64,000 bases of DNA, from assembly GCA_964655705.1 (NCBI GenBank), contig CAZZPP010000004.1, forward strand, positions 15,338 to 79,337, given 5' to 3'. The translations under genes and the position numbers were made by a program. This document shows positions 58,901 through 64,000 of the stretch, piece by piece. How positions within the stretch are numbered: position 1 is the first letter of the stretch; every line of letters begins with the position of its first letter. Under the pieces are notes generated by a model that made no database searches, was not told the DNA's origin, and saw nothing but the letters and a program-made list of their open reading frames with translations. The stretch is from an uncultured Candidatus Saccharibacteria bacterium (GTDB lineage: Bacteria; Patescibacteriota; Dojkabacteria; SC72).

Positions 58901-59842
58901 ATGCAGACTTTCCATAAGGGTGGTGTACAAACAACTGATATTACACAGGGTTTACCTAGAATAGAGGAACTCTTTGAGGCAAGATCTCCAAAGGCCGAAG
59001 CAGATATCTCTACCATTAAAGGTAAAGTACATATAGAGAGAGCTGAAGATGATTCTGCTACAATTTTAATTGTAGGGGAGAAAGAGATTGTTAAGGATGT
59101 TGTTGTCTCTGATGCAAAGAATGTTCTGATTACGGACGGAGCACAGGTAAAGGCTGGTCAAGTGATATACATAGATTCTGAGGAAATGGAAAAACAATCT
59201 CCTTTTGATGGTATTGCTAAAATTGAAGGAGGAGTATTAACACTTTCTGGTTCTGTTAAAGCAGAAGAAAGTGTCTCTGTACTCCCTAATGTAGAAATAC
59301 TGGTTAATGAGGGAGATGAGATTGTAGCTGGTACACAATTAGTTGCAGGGGCAGTTGATCCTAAACAGTTAGCTGAGGTAGGAGGATTACAGGTAGCTCA
59401 GAAGTATATCCTTGATCAAGTTCAAAAGGTATTTAACGAGCAGGCAGTTCCAATAGATGATCTCCATATTGAGGTAATAATTAGACAGATGGCAAGATTA
59501 GGTAGAGTCCTAGATTCAGGTGATACTGAGTATCTTGTTGGTTCCATGGTAAACAGATTTGTCTCTGAAGTAAGGAATAATATGTTACTTGAAGAAAACA
59601 AGAGGAAGGCATTAATTGTTCCTAAATTGCTTGGTATTAAGGCTTCGGCTTTGTATACTGAGAGTTTCCTTTCAGCCATGTCATTCCAAGAGCAGGTAAG
59701 AGTTTTGACAAATAGTGCAATTCTTGGTAAAACAGACTTCCTAAGAGGAATGAAAGAGAATGTAATAATTGGAAGAAGAATCCCATCAGGGGATGAGGCT
59801 GCTTTAGAAAATATTAATAATCTTGAAGAGATTAAATTTTAA
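55955..59842 (+). CDS. rpoC: RNA polymerase beta' subunit
   Basis: GLFCEKIFGP, GKRVDYSGR, LNRAPTLH, NADFDGD, DITQGLPR. Confidence 0.99.
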   Translation: MNNHNHKNAFEDFDALRLTLASPEKVLDWSYGEVTKAETINYRTFRAEPDGLFCEKIFGPTKNYECYCGKYKKIRYKGIVCDKCGVEVTTKDVRRERMGHIKLSVPVAHVWFAYGIPNKMSIVLDMSHKKLLSVIYYTRYMVVEIENEKRKEMISKLEALKKDEINSLKTELEEELKVTEAMYDSDLKIAKKEKGGADFKISQLEHKKKQSIAKVRKDYAEREEELDSFYSKLQLLIEKVVVGSVLSEDEYIDLEDRGLLFFTALMGAEAIKKLLEDLDIEEELGKLRKSVKKEKGDKKLASIRRIQYLEGFKLNGIDPSWMVIEVLPVLPPELRPIIPLPGGKFATSDLNDLYRRIINRNNRLARLIEIGAPDVILRNEKRMLQESVDAVIDNSHRPSKPMMNSKRLPYQSLTDDLRGKKGIFRKNLLGKRVDYSGRAVIVGDPSLKLDQCGIPKSVVLEMFKPFVIHDLLDQELAPNVRVAKDMIEEEEDIIWDILEKIIDGKPVLLNRAPTLHKYSIQAFYPKLVEGEAIRLHPLVCKAFNADFDGDQMSVHVLLTDEAVAEAKRDIMASRNIVNISNGEVLATPAKDMLLGFYLMTDKNEVEKPRIFASEDLAIKAYERDIINIDEEILVKIGDEVVSTSVGRCIFNSILPEGYKYVNERVNGGMISKIVEEIKDRYSLDVVVELLDNLKLMGFKYATDLGFSFGTEDCKVDFDIKGRIKEVEDKDLQLQENYLQGLITEKEKVNISTEMWNDFASDLADEAWEKLDKNNSVFEMVESKANGGKIQARQVLTIKGIVKDSRGNSIPLPIKGNYRDGLNAFEYFVAANGGRKGIADRSLRTSSSGYLTRKLVDVAHDVIVRLDDCGYEGQGLAIKKSDDRRISFDKRIFGRVAAQDVVDSKGEVLVEKNTHISREASEKIVNEGIEEVFVRTPILCKSPLGICKKCYGLNLENGNDIEMGKAVGVIAAQSIGEPGTQMTMQTFHKGGVQTTDITQGLPRIEELFEARSPKAEADISTIKGKVHIERAEDDSATILIVGEKEIVKDVVVSDAKNVLITDGAQVKAGQVIYIDSEEMEKQSPFDGIAKIEGGVLTLSGSVKAEESVSVLPNVEILVNEGDEIVAGTQLVAGAVDPKQLAEVGGLQVAQKYILDQVQKVFNEQAVPIDDLHIEVIIRQMARLGRVLDSGDTEYLVGSMVNRFVSEVRNNMLLEENKRKALIVPKLLGIKASALYTESFLSAMSFQEQVRVLTNSAILGKTDFLRGMKENVIIGRRIPSGDEAALENINNLEEIKF

Positions 59843-59867
59843 TTGATTTTGTTGTATAATACGAACC

Positions 59868-60284
59868 ATGCCGACTATTAATCAGTTAGTAAGAAAACCT
59901 AGAAAAGCGAAGAGAACTAAAACAAAGCATATTGCTCTCGCTACAAATTTTAACCCTTTGGTAAATAGGTACAAAAAGGCTAATAACCCATTCAAGAGGG
60001 CTGTATGTATTCAAGTTAAAACTATGACACCTAAAAAACCTAACTCAGCACTACGTAAGGTTGCTAGAGTAAGACTTTCTAATGGAATGGAAGTTACTGC
60101 ATATATACCAGGTGAAGGACACAATCTTCAGGAGCACTCAGTAGTTATGGTTAAGGCGGGTAGGAAAAGAGACTTACCAGGTGTTAAGTATATTGTAGTA
60201 AGGGGTAAGTATGATACTGCAGGAGTAAAGGGAAGAAAGAAGGCAAGGTCTAAGTATGGTGCTAAAAGACCAGAGAATCAATAA
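59868..60284 (+). CDS. rpsL: 30S ribosomal protein uS12
   Basis: [34 protein letters not shown]. Confidence 0.98.
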   Translation: MPTINQLVRKPRKAKRTKTKHIALATNFNPLVNRYKKANNPFKRAVCIQVKTMTPKKPNSALRKVARVRLSNGMEVTAYIPGEGHNLQEHSVVMVKAGRKRDLPGVKYIVVRGKYDTAGVKGRKKARSKYGAKRPENQ

Positions 60285-60301
60285 TATATTAATAACTAGT
60301 A

Positions 60302-60769
60302 ATGAGAGGTAAGAGATCTAAAAAAAGAATAATTGCTAAAGACAGAAAATATAATGATGAAATTATTGGGAGACTAATTAATAAAGTCATGCAAGGAGGA
60401 AGAAAATCCATTGCCCAAGAGTTAGTGTATAGTGCATTAGAATCTGGTTCTGAAAAAGTAAATACTCCAGTTATTGAATTCATTCATACTGCAATTGACA
60501 ATATAAGGCCAGCACTTGAAATTAAATCAAGAAGGGTTGGAGGTGCAAACTATCAGGTACCAGTACCTGTAGGACCTAGGCGACAAGAGACATTGGCAGT
60601 CAGGTGGTTAGTGGATCTCTCTAGAGCTAAAACAGGTAAATCATTTGATAAGATATTGGAGATTGAGTTAGTAAATGCATTTAATGGAGAGGGTGATGCT
60701 ATTAAAAAGAAGGGTGATGTAGAGAGAATGGCAGAAGCAAATAAAGCATTTGCCCATTTCAGGTGGTAA
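60302..60769 (+). CDS. rpsG: 30S ribosomal protein uS7
   Basis: SRRVGGANYQVP, MAEANKAFAHFRW. Confidence 0.98.
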   Translation: MRGKRSKKRIIAKDRKYNDEIIGRLINKVMQGGRKSIAQELVYSALESGSEKVNTPVIEFIHTAIDNIRPALEIKSRRVGGANYQVPVPVGPRRQETLAVRWLVDLSRAKTGKSFDKILEIELVNAFNGEGDAIKKKGDVERMAEANKAFAHFRW

Positions 60770-60790
60770 ATATCAAATTCTTAGAATTAG

Positions 60791-60812
60791 AAAGGGAGGG
60801 AAACCTCCCTTT
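60791..60812. terminator. Bidirectional intrinsic terminator
   Basis: AAAGGGAGG-GAAA-CCTCCCTTT between convergent rpsG and glycosyltransferase. Confidence 0.8.
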
Positions 60813-61750
60813 TATTTTGTACTCTCTATTCTCTCCCAACCGAATTTGGGCATATCTTTTTTCATAACAACCCTTTCCCAAAATATCTTCAGCCATGTAA
60901 TTAGACGAATGGGAAATAGAAAGAGAGACCATATGAGCTCTTTAATATTTCTTGCATACTTAAGTACAAAGAGGGCGTATTTTAATTCAATAAAGAGACT
61001 TCTACTCTGTTTGTCTTTTTTAAATATCCCAAACTGTTTTAATTGTACAAAGCCCCCTAGAGATCTTACTTTTTGTTTGTAATAGTCTTTTAGAGTAGTA
61101 GGGAATTTTACATAGCACTTTGCTCTAGGAGCATATGCAATCTGTTTGCCTTCATTCCTTATTGAGTATGAAATATATGCATCGTCAGAGAGAACGTTAC
61201 TAGGTATATCAAAAGTAATCTTTCTGGTAGCCATAATATATCCACTCATTGGGAAAAAAGATTTACTACTTAAATAGTAATTCCCCTCTTTAATACTCAT
61301 GGTATTAATCCTTCTGCTATGGGCTGCATCAGAGAGTAAGTGCCCCCAATATCCCATCATCACTTTCTTCATATCCATAGATACGGGTCTTCCACTAACT
61401 CCTCCGACCTCTTTGTTTCTAAAGGGCTCTAATAGGTATCTTACAGAATTTTTCTCAAAGTAGGTATCTCCATCTGTAAGAATCCATATATCTCCTTTAG
61501 CTTTCTTGAATGCTAACTTCAAGGCAGAGGGTTTCCCCTTCCTTGGATCTTGTATTTGTATATACTCCCTTGAAGATAGCTTTAGATCTTCTGTTGCTTT
61601 TAATCCAGCATCAAGGGTCTCCTTGTCTGGAGAGAGTTGAATTATTTCAAAAGGTTCACTCAACCCAGAGTAGCTTCTGTCAGCTATACACTTAATACAT
61701 TTACCAATTGTATTAGGCTCTTTCCAAGATGTAATAATTATCGATATCAT
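60812..61750 (-). CDS. Glycosyltransferase family 2
   Basis: ISIIITSWKE, GKPSAL, ILTDGD, SDDAY, QKVRS. Confidence 0.88.
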   Translation of the reverse strand: MISIIITSWKEPNTIGKCIKCIADRSYSGLSEPFEIIQLSPDKETLDAGLKATEDLKLSSREYIQIQDPRKGKPSALKLAFKKAKGDIWILTDGDTYFEKNSVRYLLEPFRNKEVGGVSGRPVSMDMKKVMMGYWGHLLSDAAHSRRINTMSIKEGNYYLSSKSFFPMSGYIMATRKITFDIPSNVLSDDAYISYSIRNEGKQIAYAPRAKCYVKFPTTLKDYYKQKVRSLGGFVQLKQFGIFKKDKQSRSLFIELKYALFVLKYARNIKELIWSLFLFPIRLITWLKIFWERVVMKKDMPKFGWERIESTK

Positions 61751-61789
61751 AATCGATTATATCTTTTAAAAATGGAAATGAGTAGTATA

Positions 61790-62464
61790 TTACTCTTTTT
61801 TACCCTCTGTAGGAACTTCTTCCGTACCTTCTTCGCCTTGTTCAGGAATTTCGCCCTCTTCTCCCTCTTCCACTTCTCCCTCTACTGGAGTTACAATGAC
61901 CTCTTCAACCTTTTGAATCTCAGTAATGGTCACAATAGTTGCTTTAGCTTGTTCATCATTAATCAAAGACATTCCATTTGGGAGTTGGATATCATCTACA
62001 TTAATAGTTTGACCAACACTATCTAGTTTAGAGATATCAATATCAATGGATGGTTTAAGATCAGATAGCTTACATCTAATATCAACACCATCTAATACAT
62101 TAACTAATACCCCGAGATTATTCTTAACTGCAGGAGATATACCAACAATGTTGAAAGGAACTGTAAATACCATTGGTGCACTCTCATCTATTCTAAAAAG
62201 TGAAACATGATTAATCTCATCTGTAACAGGATTAATACTCAATTCTTTAACTAGGGTCTTGAAGGAATCTTTCTCTAACTGAGTCTCTAAAATTGTTGTA
62301 GAGGTTGTATTCCTACTTAACCAGTCTGCATCAGAGTTACTCATGGAGACATTAATAGACTCTCCCTTTGAGTTATACACTACAGTTGGAGTTAATCCAT
62401 CTTTTCTTAAGTGTCTTACCTTTTTACCTAGTATCTCTCTTTTTTCTAATTGAAGTTTTTCCAT
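61790..62464 (-). CDS. rplY: 50S ribosomal protein bL25/CTC
   Basis: REILGKKVRHLRKDGLTPTVVY, NPVTDEINHV, acidic tail; ATG 62464 preferred. Confidence 0.92.
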   Translation of the reverse strand: MEKLQLEKREILGKKVRHLRKDGLTPTVVYNSKGESINVSMSNSDADWLSRNTTSTTILETQLEKDSFKTLVKELSINPVTDEINHVSLFRIDESAPMVFTVPFNIVGISPAVKNNLGVLVNVLDGVDIRCKLSDLKPSIDIDISKLDSVGQTINVDDIQLPNGMSLINDEQAKATIVTITEIQKVEEVIVTPVEGEVEEGEEGEIPEQGEEGTEEVPTEGKKE

Positions 62465-62520
62465 AACGAGTGAGAGTATAGCAGAGAAGAGAGTAATTTG
62501 CAATTACTGTTTACTACCTC

Positions 62521-62577
62521 TTGACGAATTAGAAATTAACCAATATACTCTTAGCAGGTAAGATATTAGAGTGCTAA
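62521..62577 (+). promoter_or_regulatory. Sigma70 promoter and CIRCE operator of hrcA-grpE-dnaK
   Basis: TTGACG-N17-TATACT (62521-62549); TTAGCAGGT-N9-GAGTGCTAA (62551-62577). Confidence 0.85.
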
Positions 62578-62578
62578 A

Positions 62579-63307
62579 ATGCAAAGTATTACAGAAAGAC
62601 AGAAAGAGATTTTAATGGCGATAATAAGGGAATTCATGGAGAGTGCTGATGAAGTCGGGTCCTTGGCTCTTTTAGAAAAGTATGATTTAGGAGTAAGTTC
62701 TGCAACCATTAGGAATGAGATGGCTCACCTCATGGAATTAGGACTCCTAGAAAAGAGTCATATTTCATCTGGGAGATTCCCTACCGATCAGGCTCTAAGA
62801 ATGTATGTAAGCAATGTATTAGGTAGTAGTTCCCTTAATCCAATGATTACTGTTGAAATTAGGCAGGGAATATTTAGGGACAGGTTTTCTAAGGAGACAG
62901 TGATTGACTCAATTCTCAAAATTGTATCTGATGAAACTGAGTCTGTTGCATTTCTCCTCATAGATGGTATCTCAAGATATTGGGGGGTATCTCAGCTTTT
63001 TAAATATGAAGAATTAAGGAATTGGGAAAAACTTCAGAGAATTGTAAACATTCTGGAAGATGGGAACTTTTTAAATAATATGATGAAGAAATATAGTGGT
63101 TCCGGGGTATCCTTAATTATTGGTGGAGAGTCTGGGATTAAGGGCCTTGGTGAGTGTGCTATTGCGTTTACTCGATTACCATTCTGGAATACGAGTGATG
63201 CCCATATTGGTGTAATTGGTTCTAAGAGAATGGATTATGCCAAGAGTGTGCCAGCACTTCGTGAAGTACAAAACTCAATGCACAGTGCAATGAGGGGTTG
63301 GAATTAA
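62579..63307 (+). CDS. hrcA: Heat-inducible transcription repressor (short form)
   Basis: TERQKEIL, SSATIRNEM, HISSGRFPT, IGSKRMDY. Confidence 0.93.
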   Translation: MQSITERQKEILMAIIREFMESADEVGSLALLEKYDLGVSSATIRNEMAHLMELGLLEKSHISSGRFPTDQALRMYVSNVLGSSSLNPMITVEIRQGIFRDRFSKETVIDSILKIVSDETESVAFLLIDGISRYWGVSQLFKYEELRNWEKLQRIVNILEDGNFLNNMMKKYSGSGVSLIIGGESGIKGLGECAIAFTRLPFWNTSDAHIGVIGSKRMDYAKSVPALREVQNSMHSAMRGWN

Positions 63308-63879
63308 AATATATATCAAGAAGTATGATACAAACTAAAGACACAAATAGTGTTACAAAAAAGAATATGCAAAAGAAGAGTAGACAGGATGAATTAGAGA
63401 GTAAAATTCAACAGTTAGCTCTTACAATAGATAAGGTGGAGGATGAAAAACTCGTAATAATGAATCAGTTAAAAAAGGCTTTGTCTGACTATCATAATCT
63501 TGAGAGTAATTCAAACAAGAGAGTAAGCCTCTTGTATATGCAATCAAGGAAGGGGTTGGCTGAGAAGTTAATTCCGATTGTAGATGATTTAACAATGGCT
63601 ATTAAGAGTAAGGAGGAAATTTCTTTCGATGAAAAAACATTAGCTTGGTCTAATGGTGTAATGGGGATACTAAATAACTTGGAAAAGAGTTTAGAGGAGA
63701 TAGGGTTGAAAAAATTTGTACCTCAGAAGAGTACAAAATTTGATCCATCAATACATGAAGCATTAAGTGTAATAGAGGGAGAGATACCAGGGGTAATATT
63801 TGATGTAATACAGCCTGGATATGTGTTAGATAATAATGTAATACGACCATCAAGAGTGGTTGTTACTAAGAGTAAATAA
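63298..63879 (+). CDS. grpE: Nucleotide exchange factor GrpE (start may be ATG 63325 or 63367)
   Basis: LIPIVDDL, FDPSIHEA, QPGY...IRPSRVVV. Confidence 0.93.
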   Translation: MELKYISRSMIQTKDTNSVTKKNMQKKSRQDELESKIQQLALTIDKVEDEKLVIMNQLKKALSDYHNLESNSNKRVSLLYMQSRKGLAEKLIPIVDDLTMAIKSKEEISFDEKTLAWSNGVMGILNNLEKSLEEIGLKKFVPQKSTKFDPSIHEALSVIEGEIPGVIFDVIQPGYVLDNNVIRPSRVVVTKSK

Positions 63880-63901
63880 TTAAATTTTTAAAATACATAA
63901 A

Positions 63902-64000
63902 ATGAGTAAAATAATTGGAATAGACTTAGGTACTACTAACAGTGCTATGGCATATATGTCTGGTGGTAAACCCAACATTATTGCAAATGCACAGGGAGGA
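63902..64000 (+). CDS. dnaK: Chaperone DnaK (5' fragment)
   Basis: [17 protein letters not shown]...IIANAQG. Confidence 0.95.
   Translation, partial: MSKIIGIDLGTTNSAMAYMSGGKPNIIANAQGG

Noticed and set aside
660-63853. Numerous 60-215 aa antisense or alternate-frame ORFs in the track (e.g. 6099-6470, 7397-7936, 29664-30311, 57742-58140)
   Set aside because: They lie within well-supported genes and have shadow-ORF composition without motifs.
1-64000. Alternative genetic code (UGA=Gly, as in Gracilibacteria/Absconditabacteria)
   Set aside because: Long conserved genes translate fully in code 11, and nfo ends at a TGA overlapping the next ATG.
1-64000. CRISPR array, rRNA, IS element, intein or intron
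   Set aside because: No regularly spaced repeats, rRNA-like sequence, transposase motifs or interruptions of conserved genes were seen by eye.

Overview
Low-GC chromosomal segment around the replication origin (dnaN-oriC-dnaA <> rpmH-rnpA-yidD-yidC-jag) of a reduced-genome bacterium. Gene content and protein style suggest Patescibacteria/CPR, possibly Dojkabacteria (inference, not a database result). Housekeeping genes: uvrD/pcrA (partial), nfo, glnA, rnj, valS, metG, rpoD, rsmA, dnaG, ftsK, rpoB, rpoC, rpsL, rpsG, rplY, hrcA-grpE-dnaK (partial). The window also holds a type IV pilus cluster, a separate pilN/pilO-like block, four tRNAs (three Ser, one Arg), a tmRNA and a RelE-type toxin-antitoxin pair. 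Most interesting: (i) a coupled FtsA/PilM-like actin-fold ATPase plus a bitopic membrane protein with a baseplate-J-like ectodomain; (ii) a degenerate SDR/epimerase fused through a TM helix to a DUF4012-like ectodomain, next to PEGA and WecA-like genes; (iii) -10 boxes placed 5-13 nt before start codons throughout, implying leaderless or short-leader mRNAs; (iv) a heavily substituted rifamycin pocket in RpoB; (v) a standalone MASE3-like sensor, an atypical response regulator and an uncleavable pilin; (vi) a VWC/pacifastin-like miniprotein. No rRNA, CRISPR array, integrase or transposase was seen. All family assignments come from reading motifs by eye.
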